NCBI GenBank assembly: GCA_030704615.1
Contig: CM060732.1
Coordinates: 12,772,001-12,836,000, forward strand
From: Takakia lepidozioides
Taxonomy: Eukaryota > Plantae > Bryophyta
DNA length: 64,000 bases
Reading direction: 5' to 3'
Both the position numbers and the translations under genes were made by a program. This document shows, one piece after another, positions 30,246-41,592 of the stretch. Within the stretch, counting starts at the first letter, position 1; each line of letters begins with the position of its first letter. Below the pieces are notes generated by a model that was not told the origin of the DNA, did no database searches, and was given only the letters and a program-made list of their open reading frames with translations.

Positions 30246-31481
30246 TTGCACTTTCGGACTGTAGTAAAAAATCAAAGCTTTTCTATATCCACCCTCTTTT
30301 CCCAGTACACATTCACTGGCGTCCATTCATCAGGAGGAAAAAACAGGGTGGGGAAGAACTTCATCTTATTTGACAAGGATTTCACAAGTCGCACGAACCT
30401 CCCTCACAGAATCAAATATGCAATTCCACCGCCATCATGCAGTTCCAGCAGCATCAGCATCGACGAGGTGATCAACAATGCGATCAAGCTTGACATGTTC
30501 ATAAAACCAACTTCCACGATGACGTTCTACATGTCCACCGATGGAAGTCCGGTCCGATCCATTCGGATTTCCATAATGCAGTATGCAAATTGGGCATCTT
30601 ACATGCGGAAGGACAATCCAGACTCTCACCCCAGCATGGCTCAGAAAAACGCCATGGAACTTTGTAAATTGTGCACCAAATGGTAATTGTCGTTGACGTC
30701 CTAATAGCATATACTCCTGTAGCAGACGTAGACATAACCATTCTCCAAGAAGCATGTCACCGTACCTGTGCCGAGGGGTTAGTAGCAGGGCAGGGCCCCA
30801 ATCTCTATGCCTATTGCGTCGGCGTGGCATGGGGGAGGGGAGAAGGGATGTGGGCACAACTGCCACCTGAGAAGGACGTGACTCTTGGGGCCATGAACAG
30901 TGTAGTTGGCACGAGGGACTGGATGAAAGATGTCGGGATGAATGGTGCAGACGCAAATAGGGATGATGCACATGGTCACTTTTGCAAACAACGCATCACG
31001 GATCTGAAGAACTGCATGGAAATGGCTGGGAGTAGCTTGCTAGTCAAGGGAGCTTTCAAGATGCGATGTTTTCAATGTGATTGCATGTGGCAAACTCTGC
31101 AGAAGAAATATCCATTTGGGAGCTTTGTGACACATTATGAAATTGTGATTGGGCATATTAATGGATTTCTTAAAACTATCCGCATCACATCCATTTTCGA
31201 ATGCATGCACACCAGTTCTCATGCCATGCTAGCATCAGAGGACATGGAGCCCATAAAGATATATTGCATATGTACTGCCACCAAGGCCCCAAAGTCATTC
31301 ACCAAAGGCATGGAATGGTGACCCTCACGAAGTGCCATTTGAACTCACCAAAATCTGGAAACTGAGTTCAAGACAACATGACAATCCATTTTTGAAGCAC
31401 CAACAAACAGGTGAATCATACAACCGTGCCTTCATTAGCACACAGTCAATCTGTCTCTACATCATAAGGAATGAACCCTAA
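30246..31481 (+). pseudogene. MULE cargo gene B, unknown function, about two frameshifts
   Basis: Overlapping ORFs 30246-30686 and 30671-31321, plus a third frame (KAWNGDPHEVPFELTKIW...IRNEP*) ending at TAA 31479-31481. Protein-like composition. Confidence 0.5.
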
Positions 31482-31502
31482 AGCATGGCAAGGTCACTGC
31501 CA

Positions 31503-31961
31503 CTATTCCACTGCATGTGGTGCAGACGGGTCCACAAACACCATGGATTGGGGAATCCAAGCCAAGATGTCCTGCACCCATGGTGAGTCCATTGCAATGT
31601 GCTCGCCCCACTCCAAATACACGCCATCGTAACGAGAATGCATTTCCTTGAATGTGCGGAATATCACCTTCTCAACGAGGCCAAGAAGCACATGGAGGAT
31701 GATGACACCCTTCTGGTCGTCCTCGTCCATCGTGTACGCATACTCCAATGACCCCAACTCCACGGTAAGGGTGCGTACCCCTTCTTTCAAAGCGTACGCC
31801 CATGCTTTGTCTTGCCCTGCATATGACTCCACCATGGACAACAAATGTCAATGCATATCCGTGGAGCTCATTCTGCTGCAGACCAAAAGCCCATTCTCCA
31901 CAACCTGCGCAATGCGTGCTCTTGAGCATTCCGCTGTTCCATAAATGTCTACATACTCCAT
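31503..31961 (-). pseudogene. MULE cargo gene C, ~152 codons with one internal TGA, unknown function
   Basis: ATG at 31961 (MEYVDIYGTAEC...DMH*HLLSMVESY...) is in frame with ORF 31503-31844. It is preceded by a polypyrimidine tract and a CAG acceptor at ~31968. Confidence 0.5.
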
Positions 31962-32103
31962 AGATACCTGGGAAGAGTGGAAGAGAGGAAGAGGGGAAGA
32001 GTGAGGGAAAGAAATGTTGAATGAGGGATGAAATGCTACGGATTAGGGTGTGGTAATATTGTTCGCCTCAAATACAATGTGCATTCGCATACATGCCATA
32101 AAT

Positions 32104-32262
32104 TGCCATGACAGACATTCGCATATAGGCATAAGTTGCCATGACTTTCTATGACTTTCTTTCCATGACTTTCTATGACTTGCCAGTTTGGGTTCATAAA
32201 TTGGTGCATACTTATATAAAAAAAGGATGAGGCATGACTTGCCATGACTTCCCATGACATGC
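32104..32262 (+). repeat. Array of (C/T)ATGACTT(T/G/C)C motifs with 10-bp spacing around a TATATAAA box
   Basis: ATGAC at 32108, 32141, 32151, 32165, 32175, 32234, 32244, 32254. TATATAAA at 32213-32220. Confidence 0.85.
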
Positions 32263-32715
32263 CAACAGTTTCCCGCCTATTGAACTTAAGTTTAGGTTGT
32301 TTTCATCTCTTTTTCATTGTTTATTTACTTGAGTCCTCTTGCTTTGCTCTCTTGCTTTCTTGGAGCACTCTTTCATTGTTTCTTTCTTTGACTCCTATTG
32401 CATTGCGATCTAGATTTCTGGGAGGCCTCTTTCATTCTAGCTTTCTTGCACCCCTCCTGCTTTCCCCTCATGCATACAAGAAGCCCTCTTGTTTCCTCTC
32501 ATTCTTTCTTTCAGTCCTCTTTCATTCTTGGATCAGCCTGAGCCTAAGCCTGAGGTCTCTTCCTCTTAAGCACCCCTATTTCATTCTAGTTTAGGGTTCA
32601 GCCTTCTTGCTGGTTTTGAGCACTCTTACTTTCCTGTCTTCATTCTTGACGCCCTCTTGGTTTCAACCTGTTTTGATTCTTTCATCTTTGCAACACACCA
32701 TCTTCAACCAACACC

Positions 32716-33443
32716 ATGCCCACAAGTGCGAGCTCATCCAATGGCCGTGGCCCCCGTTCCATTCAGCAGCCTGATGCAGGTATGCTTGGCAACCTCACTC
32801 CCTTCGTCGCACGACGCATTTGGATGATGGACCACTGCATCGACTATTCCAAACCCATGCGAGGTGATATTCTTGTGAGAGCTTTTGAGTTTGTTGGCAG
32901 GTTGGCATGGTGCGGATTTTATGACCCAAACAATGCAGGGGATGCCATGATGTCCAACACTCTGGTTTTGCGTTCTAGGTTCCTTGAGGTCCCAAATGAG
33001 GAGTGGGGTCCTTGGACTCTTGGCATGGACCCAGACAAGAGCAAGAAAGTTTCCATCTTCTGACAATTTTCCAATGGGTGGAGGGTTCATGGGATGTCAA
33101 GAAATTGGTAGACTCCGTCCCCAACCCAATTTATCGGTTGTTGAGAAGGAATATCTCCCATACCTGCCCTATGAGTGGTCCAGGTGACCTTTGCATGACG
33201 GTAAATGGGGACACCGTGTCTGTTCACTTCGCATCAGAGGTGGGGGGGGGGGAACTGAATAGCTCCAGCATACTCCTGCGGGTCTTCTTGGAGAACTGGG
33301 AGACGGATCACTTCCACCATGTTGTCCGTACGTTCCAGTGGAATGTGCAACTTTCATCATGGAAAATGAAATCCAAAGTGCATGAAGTTGATGTGCCAGA
33401 GTATGACTGGGACTTTAAATGCATTGACTGGTTTGCGGAGTAA
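32716..33443 (+). pseudogene. MULE cargo gene D, ~240 aa if one frameshift is corrected, unknown function
   Basis: ORFs 32716-33063 and 33003-33443 overlap. Good start context (acaccATG) after a CT-rich leader and an upstream TATA. Confidence 0.5.
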
Positions 33444-34576
33444 CGTGCTGGATCTTACGGTTGTCATGAGCAATGTATCTTGCTATGCAACATTTGTCTC
33501 CTGCTAGTGCTATGAGTCATTTGTGCTATGATTCATATGGTCATCCTTCTGTTCAGGGAGTTTTGCTTGGTGGCCTCATACAATACAGTTGGACAACACA
33601 CCTGAACACCCGTGAACATCATCCACAGGCACAAGGTTGCTATGAATTTGAGTTCCCACATCCTCATGTTAACGATGCGAGCACAGTTCAATTATGACCT
33701 ATCATTTACGCGTCTCATGTAAATTTCCGAGAAGACAAGGTCGATGGAGTTTCACATACGAACTGCTGTCATTCCCGCACCACCAATTCCATACACTCTT
33801 GTTAAGTGTGGCCATGGCTTCGTGACATCCACGACTGTATGGCTTATGTAAACATTCGCATATTTTCGCCAGGTGCCATAGCTTGGGTCATGGTTGCTGT
33901 ATCCTGTACATACATGTGAGGTTCTAGTATGGAAAATGGTCACCAAACCCCTTGCATACCACTTGGATGCAGCAATGTTTACAGTCACTGAGGGAGCTCA
34001 TTCCATGTCATTGCAACGCACCAAATTACCTTACAAAAGATGAAAATGAATGCAAAGGATGCGACTTCACAAATGGCGTTTTCTTTCACCACGGAAATGC
34101 TATGAATATTGTAATACCATTTCCATGCAACATAACAACTTCGCCTGGCATACAAAATCACGTTAATCAAGGGTGAAATGCAGGCATGGAACGAAGGGAA
34201 TATGGATATGTACTCTGCTGCATTCATAAAATGTACAATGTAGCTTTAAGAACGAACCCCTCCATACATTCCATAGAAAACAAGAGAACTTTGCAGTTTC
34301 CTCAACTTCCAGCCTATGCAGTTTATTTGGCCTGGCCCTTCACAGTTCGCGACGATCCAGCATGCATCAATATTTTCAGTCACTGAGCGAGCTCATTCCA
34401 TTTGCATGTGCAACACAACAAGTGTCTTTACAGAAGAAGATGAAACAGAATGCCATGAAACGTCTGGAAAACATACGCATTCTTACACTCAGCATACTGC
34501 AATGTCATTGTGGCCAAGCAAGAAAAAATGGAATCGTCATAAGAAGACATCTGAATTTCCGCCTGCCCCATCCTCA

Positions 34577-37318
34577 TCAGGATGTGTACAATTGCCTCTT
34601 CGCATTCGTTCGTTCAGGCATAGGTGGCAGATGACGCTTTCTACTGCGTGCCTCCAGAAAATCCTTCCATCTCTCAAGTGAGTTGGTGTTTCCATCGTCA
34701 ACCTCAGTGAGAGTGGGGTCGTCCTGGGGATGATGAATACCCTCCTCCATTGTGGACGTCAAATCGCAAATTTTCCCTTTGGCTGCTCGAACCATAGCAA
34801 GAAGGTGTTGCTGCAAAACCGTGCTCTGTCTGGTCATGTCGAGAACCTGCTCGAACTCAGTTGATATCATTCCCAGCAATGGCAGTCCTGGACTTTTCTG
34901 AGATGAATATGGTGATGAGTTGTGTGTGGAAGGAAGAGGAGGCACTTTGGAGCGCATTGATGTGGGTGATTGCGGTGGTGCAAACAGGCTATGAAGGCCT
35001 CCTCTGCTGCTGCCAATAAGGCTTCCACAGTATTTTGCTATGGTTCCATCTTCCAAGTTGGGGTGCATCATTTGCAAAATCTTCACTTGATGCGCACACA
35101 TATTCCCTTTGCGGGCATGACGACAATCGCAACACCCCCAGTTGGACTAAAGATTGTGAACCGTATAAGTAGTCTCGTCATCCCAAATACATTTGACAGT
35201 TGCGATGCCCCTTTCTGTCTGCGGAAGATTGACATTGCAATCCGGAATCTGTTTGGCAAGCAAAATAGAGCTACAGACGAAGCCTTCGAGTCGCTTATTA
35301 CGGATGAAGCCATATGTTTTGGCATAGGACAAGTACCAGTAATGAGTGAGCAAATCACCTGTGAGTTCATGAATGAGCCAATCGACTCGTCTGCTGACCA
35401 GTTTAGTCTTTGTGCATTTCAGCTGTGCCTTCAGATTTCCATGATAAGCTTCAATGGCGGCATTTGTGTCTTGTCCTGCGTGTGGAATGTTGCGAGAACC
35501 AAGAACCCACTCCTGCTCCAAGTAGTCACAAAATTCACTTAGAGTGGGGTACTTGAAACGCAAATTCACAAGTTCGCACACCGCCCATGCTTCACCTGCG
35601 TCGCCCTCACTTTTTGACGCACTATACATGATTTTAGACATGTCTTGCATGACACATGCACGCAAATCTGCATCTTTGATCTTAGACACAACATTCTTTT
35701 GCCATGCTCTCCTCACATGCCAAAGGCATAGAAATACTGCAGACTGCCCCCACACGGCCCTGACATAGAAAGACATGTGAGAACATTATAATGTGGAGAA
35801 GTGCAGAAAACCTCGGAATTTCAAATAGGTGCGAATTGGCAATCACCTGATTGCTTTTATTTCAGCATCTGCGTCATCAACAATGAAAGCATGTGGACAC
35901 CATCATGCCTGGTCACAAGGAAGCTTCCCGTTCAGTGCAGACATCCATGGCTCCAAATCGATTGCCTTTGATCTCGCTGTGATGATGAATGCAACTGGGA
36001 TTCCATTCAACACCATCATGGTGTATAGCAGGTACTACATAAACAACAATCAATGTACAACAATTCAGGCAAGTTTGAATGGAGAAAGATGTGAGGAGGA
36101 CCTTTGTACGATGTGGAGATGCAGTATGACAAGTACACCCTAAACCTGGCTTCAACGATTGTAATGAAGAAAAAACAGAGATCACACCTTCTTCTCATTG
36201 GTTCCGAAGGTGGCGTCGCAAGCGACAATTCTGTGATGGCCAAATTTCAACATTTGATCTCGCTGCCACACTGTTTGTATGCCAAGAACGAATGGAAGAT
36301 CAAGCTTGATGTCACTGGATGTCCAAGCCTTGTGGTTCTTTTCTTCTTGGTAGTAGAAAACACTGGCCATATTTTCATGCACCCACATGCGGACACTCTG
36401 GGCATCATTTCGGTGTTTTCTGAATGTCTCTTCATCGCATAGCGTCGCAATATTGCGTATGTCTTGGGAGAGGAGAAAAGTGCCTTCACTCGCATGGTGT
36501 GCTTGGCCATTATCTTGTTTATGCTCAGCCCAAGACGCAAATTGTGCAAAATCCATGACTTCATGTCATCACTAAGATGGGGAGCCATTGCACTTCGGTT
36601 CAACTGACATGAAGGTCCGTGGCATATCTCACCTCTTCCATTTACATGTTGTTTCTCATGATAAACTATCTCCGCCATAGCAGGGTCCAGGTAGCATTGT
36701 TTGACAACAAATCGGCACATGCAACCTCTTTTCATGCCTTCTCCTGTTTTGTTGTTTGTAGTCCTTACTTGTTTTGGTTTTTGTCCTTTGGATTCCGGCC
36801 CTACTCTAGGCTTCCTCCCCCTTTCTTGGCTGGACCTGCACGCCATTTTTGGGTATTGTCTTGTGGGGCCATAGGCGCAGTGATACCTATGCCAAAAACA
36901 TGAGTGGCCTTTTAGAACCGCTCATATGAAAAGCAGAAGTGCATGGCTAGTGGGATTGGACACAACCTATATAGTGGGCAGCATTCATTTCATTTTTCAT
37001 GAATCATGAATTCATACCTTGTAATGTTCATGGCACTATTGATGCGTGGTGCCTGAAGACTCCCAGCAGGGGTGCCCTTCTGTCGATGACTTCGGAAGGT
37101 GCATGGGGCCTCTTTCAGGGAGGACTCACCAGCAATGAAGTCTACCACCCGATTCCAAGGGATATATGCAATTTCTGATCAGGTGTCTGTCCATGCCATT
37201 GGGACCTCCATTGCACGTCATGGTGTGTGAAAGTACCTGTCTTTGGTGTTTGTAGCAGACCTTGCAGTTTACAAAGAAGGTGGGGCAAAATTTTGCCATC
37301 TTCAACCACTTCAGCCAT
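34577..37318 (-). pseudogene. MULE-type DDE transposase with SWIM zinc finger (At1g60560/At4g13970-like family), disrupted
   Basis: Motifs IAYIPWNRVVDFIAGE, KRGCMCRFVVK...HVN...CHG, LGIQTVWQ, ACDATFGTN (D), FIVDDADAE (D), FLCLWHVRRAW, TNAAIEAYHGNLK (E), RRVDWLIHEL and SWIM CDC-x8-CAH. In-frame stops at ~35147 and ~35903 and frameshifts at ~36500 and ~37180. GT-AG introns present. Confidence 0.88.
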
Positions 37319-37814
37319 GCTTACACAAACAAGATCCTTCTGAGTTTGTTGTTGTCTTCTTTCGCTGCCCTATCCTGCCACAAACGTCGTACTCTTTTAT
37401 TCTGCTGGCAGATTATGGCATGTATAGCTGGTATATTTATGCATCAGACAACAAATTGCACCCTATGAAAGCACCAACTTCTTTATGTGGGCCAAACATG
37501 CACACGATTGCAATTTACTATGGAATGCTTCATGAACAACTGGTGCAAGATACAACAACAATTCAATTTAGAATGTGAATGCAGAGTGACAGGGTAGGGA
37601 CGCGTTTCGGAAGCATGGAGAGAACGGAAATGCACGATGAGGGTAGCAAAACCCTCGATTGGGGTGGCAGTGTATGTGACCATGTGGCGTATATCTGAAC
37701 GTCCATTCGTTTCCTCAGATTTGCCATTTGAAATTTGAATTCCTGTCAGAATGATTTTGAAACGGGGCATAATGTATGCTTAGGATACCATGTATGCTTG
37801 GGATAGCATGTACT

Positions 37815-38043
37815 ATGGGGGATGGACGACGATGGCATGCCCAGGATGGGAGGCGGGATGGGGATGCGGGTGAGGACACGTCTCATGTCCCCGCAGCGGG
37901 CATGGGGCGGGGAGGCGTGCCACGCGGCAGCGGCCGCGCGGTATACGGGCGATGGAGGCGGGGTGGGCATGGGGTGGCGGGGGGTCCACGCTGGCTGAAC
38001 CGGCTCCCTCGCATTCAACTCCAGGGCCCATCTAATACTTGGC
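37815..38043 (-). repeat. Right TIR of the MULE
   Basis: Reverse complement of 24048-24281. Confidence 0.95.
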
Positions 38044-39694
38044 CTCTATAACTTTAGTGAGTAAGTTTAAGTAAGTTTAGGGGGCTTATTATTGAGCTTA
38101 CTCTTTCTATTAATTTATACATTGATGTTTGCCTTTTTTAGGGGGGGGGGGTCTGCAGAGCCCACTACTTACTAACTTAGTAAGTAATAATTAGTTAGTA
38201 AAGGGGGGGGGGCGCTCTAGCCTCTGGAGGCGGTGGGACGTTTCTAGAAGCCCGCAAGTGGTGGGACCCTTCTAGAAGGCCCTGGACACGTGTCACCCTA
38301 AAACCCCTTACCCTTACATGGATTTCCGGCTACCATCCCCTATTTAATAGCTTTCCCCTTCGTGCCATCTTTTTTTTACCCTTCATTCCATTCCTTAATG
38401 CAGGTGGCCTTACTACATTAGCCCCTTTTTTAATTCTTGGACCACTCTAGAATAAACCGGGCCCACCTAAACTTGGGGGCTTATACCCTCACAAGTATTG
38501 TGGTTTCTCTTAATTAATTAATTGATTCATGTTTGCAGTTTGCTGTTTTTTTTGGGGGCCTGCCTTTGCAGAGCCCACTATTTACTAATTTAGTAGGTAC
38601 TCTAGAATCAGGGCCAGAATGAAACTGCTCTACATATACACTCTCAACATACCCATCAACTAGTGATGGTGGTTCATCTCTCTCATTCCTAGTACATATC
38701 CAAATACTCAAGATTGAATTTCCCGCTCGAAACAATACTGACAAAAATAATAATATATGAACAGGGTGTGGTTTTTGGGTCTGTATCCAAAAGGGACGGA
38801 CTATATGTCTATTATGGAAGGGGTAGAACGGGATCTACAGTACCCCCCGAGCGCTCCTCTTCGCTCACGCTTGCTCCTTAGTCTTTCAAGCTCTCATATG
38901 TTCTCCAGATAACCTTTCATTCCTGAGCTTCAAATTCGTTCCCTCTATACCATTCACAATAACTCCTTAGGTCTAGTATCTATCTTGAGCAGCTTTTTCT
39001 CCGTTGCCATATATATTGCAACCTGTGCACAGCATTCTGTAGCGGTCCATGCGTCTTCAAGTGCCGGACGTACCACTTCGCAACCACTCATGCTGGAGGA
39101 AAAGAGCTAAGGATGTATACCGCCTCATCCCGTGTCTGCAATCATGCCTCTATATGGCAGTTTGGGCGACATTCGATTCTCGCGAGTAAGTAGAACGCTG
39201 GCCAACCGATGCAGACACGTTTCGACCAACCAGTCGAAAAGCCGGACCGCGGCAGCTAGGGATGCAACACCTCACGTATGCAGAGGGACCGGTACAAAAA
39301 TGGCCATGCCGGAGTGCTAGCTAGCCGTGCAAGCAATACCGTAGTAATAATCCATACGCACTGAAGAAAGAAGTCTGTCCCACAAAGTACGTGCAAATGG
39401 TTCACTTTACAAATAGATCATGTGGATGTTCAATAACAAAAGTATGAGTTTATATTTTATTGAAGGGTCCTGCCTCAGACCCTGAATGAATGAGTGTTTA
39501 AATGTGTCATCATGGAACAGTATCTAGAACTCTAAAAATCAAGATTGTGTATTTAAGCTCTATCATCAAAATTGTGTACATAAGCTTTCAATCCACATGT
39601 TTCTTCTTCATGTGTTCTCTTGCAGTCTACTTGCTTTGGAAACACTTCGATCTGCCTGTCTGCTTGATCTTGAGATCAAGTTCATGTCCCGTCC

Positions 39695-41592
39695 TTAGTT
39701 GATGGCACTGCATATGTGGCGAATCTCTCCCTGTGCACCCGTTAAAACATTTACATTCCCCAGTTTCACAATTGCCTGTGCGAAGTTTGCACCGAAATTC
39801 AACGCCCGCCCACTTTTACTGTCAGCATAAGCGTTGACAAATCCGGAGGTGCTCGGATCAGCGGAAAGCTCTTGGTCGATCTGCAATATTCCATGCCCCT
39901 GCAGTAACTGTTTGTAGAAACTGTTGTCAAAGATGGATCCAGTGCCTTGGTCTAATGCAATTGCGGCATCGACTCCGGATCCCTGTGGACACACTTTCTT
40001 CAATGAGACCACAAGCTGGGCGGTCATGGAGGGGTCAGCGGCGGCAGTGCCTTGGAAGTTGTAAAGGCGGTTGCGGGTAAATGAGCAATGTGTCCCTCCA
40101 ATTGTATGAGCACCTGAAGGACCGTTATCAACTGTGAGACGGATACCGAGCGCTAAAAACTTGGAGAGACAAAGAGCAGTACTAGGCACATACATGGGCA
40201 TTTCCAGGTCAGCTATAAAGAATCATTCCTTTCATTAGTTCGAAGTACAACGATCTCATGGATCCACTTGAATCCTTGATCTACAATGTAGAAGTCTTCT
40301 AAGGACGCTGATGACTGAGCTCTATCAAAGATTGGTTTACATAATGGTGACATGACTTTTGTGGATTGCTATTCCTCAAGCTTCCTAACATACTCTGAAG
40401 TGTATGACGGGTGGAATGGAGAGCTCATGGACAGGTGCTCCTGGGAAATCTAACTAATGTCAACAGCTTACCCAGCAGAGTCGTCATGTCTTCGGCAGAG
40501 AGGCCTCTGGAAGCAAATGCGGATATAGATTGTGCCACACTGATGCTTGGAGATGGAAGATTCACGTCTGCCGCCTGCGATACACGGCCGTCTCTACGTC
40601 CTGTGGGAACATCCCAATGTGGACCACCAACCTGCAGGATCCAATTGGAGCAAGCTCAGCTACTCTTCCGGTACGTCAGGTCAGATTTATCTGTGCTGTT
40701 GTGAACCAAATTCTGAGTTGTTCTTGCCCACACTATCTTTTGTGGAGAAAAGACTGAACTGTGAGATACTTAGGGAATGACGACAGAGTATTTCATGAAT
40801 TTGTACAGCGGTCCAACTCTTGGATAGAAGTTGGCTGGCTTCACCTTATACAAATTTATTTATGTATTGTACTGAAATATAAGCAGTGGACTGTCTTCTA
40901 TATAATATGTTTGTGCTTCATAGCGATTCCGGGAAAGGGAATTCCTCATTAAGCATACCAAGGAAACGGCGTCTCGGGTGGCGAGAGAAATGATATCGGC
41001 ACAGGACACTACGCCCGGGCAGGCTTTCTCAACAGCGGACTTGGCCTTGTCAATCAAGTCGTAGCCACGCACACTTGCATTTGCACCCGCATCTTTCTCT
41101 GCTTGGTTGTTTTTGGTGCTGTTGATGAGCAGCGATGCATCACAACCCTGCATTGAGACCCAAATGTGCAGCGGTTAGAACATTATTCATCAGTTTCCCA
41201 ACTATTTATCACCAATATATTCAAGTACATTAATGAATGGGATGGTAATGTAAGAGAAAGCTGCTCAGTCGAACTTTATATTGACCAGCTGTTGTTATAC
41301 AAATCGACAAATAAAAGTACGACGAATGACGGATGCAAATTATCTAGATAGCTGGAAACATACTTACCCTGACAAAGCAATCATGAAATTGCATTCGAAG
41401 CAGCGCGGCCGCAATTGTATTATCTGACTGAAAGACTGTGGCAACTGTGGAGTGAACCAGGCCTTCGACGTTAGGACAGGTGCTTTTGTAGAAGCCCACG
41501 CTTGTCCCTGCTGTTGCTACCCCCGTAGCTGTGGAGATGATTGCCATAACCATTAGCATCACACAGGTCGCTATTTTCTTGCTCGAATCCAT
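39695..41592 (-). CDS. Class III secretory peroxidase, 330 aa, 4 exons
   Basis: Exons 41368-41592, 40959-41147, 40472-40631, 39695-40113. Motifs [65 protein letters not shown]. Confidence 0.95.

Larger units (their letters stand above)
24048..38043. mobile_element. Mutator-like (MULE) DNA transposon, 13,996 bp, with TIRs and a 9-bp TSD
   Basis: Termini GCCAAG(C/T)ATTAGATGGG form inverted repeats of ~230 bp. Perfect direct repeat CTCTATAAC at 24039-24047 and 38044-38052. Internal MULE/SWIM transposase and Ulp1 protease. Confidence 0.95.

Noticed and set aside
38053-38620. AT/G-run-rich sequence with a ~35-bp direct repeat (gcagagcccacta...ttactaa.ttagta.gta) as a host element interrupted by the MULE
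   Set aside because: No termini or TSD could be matched with the left flank.
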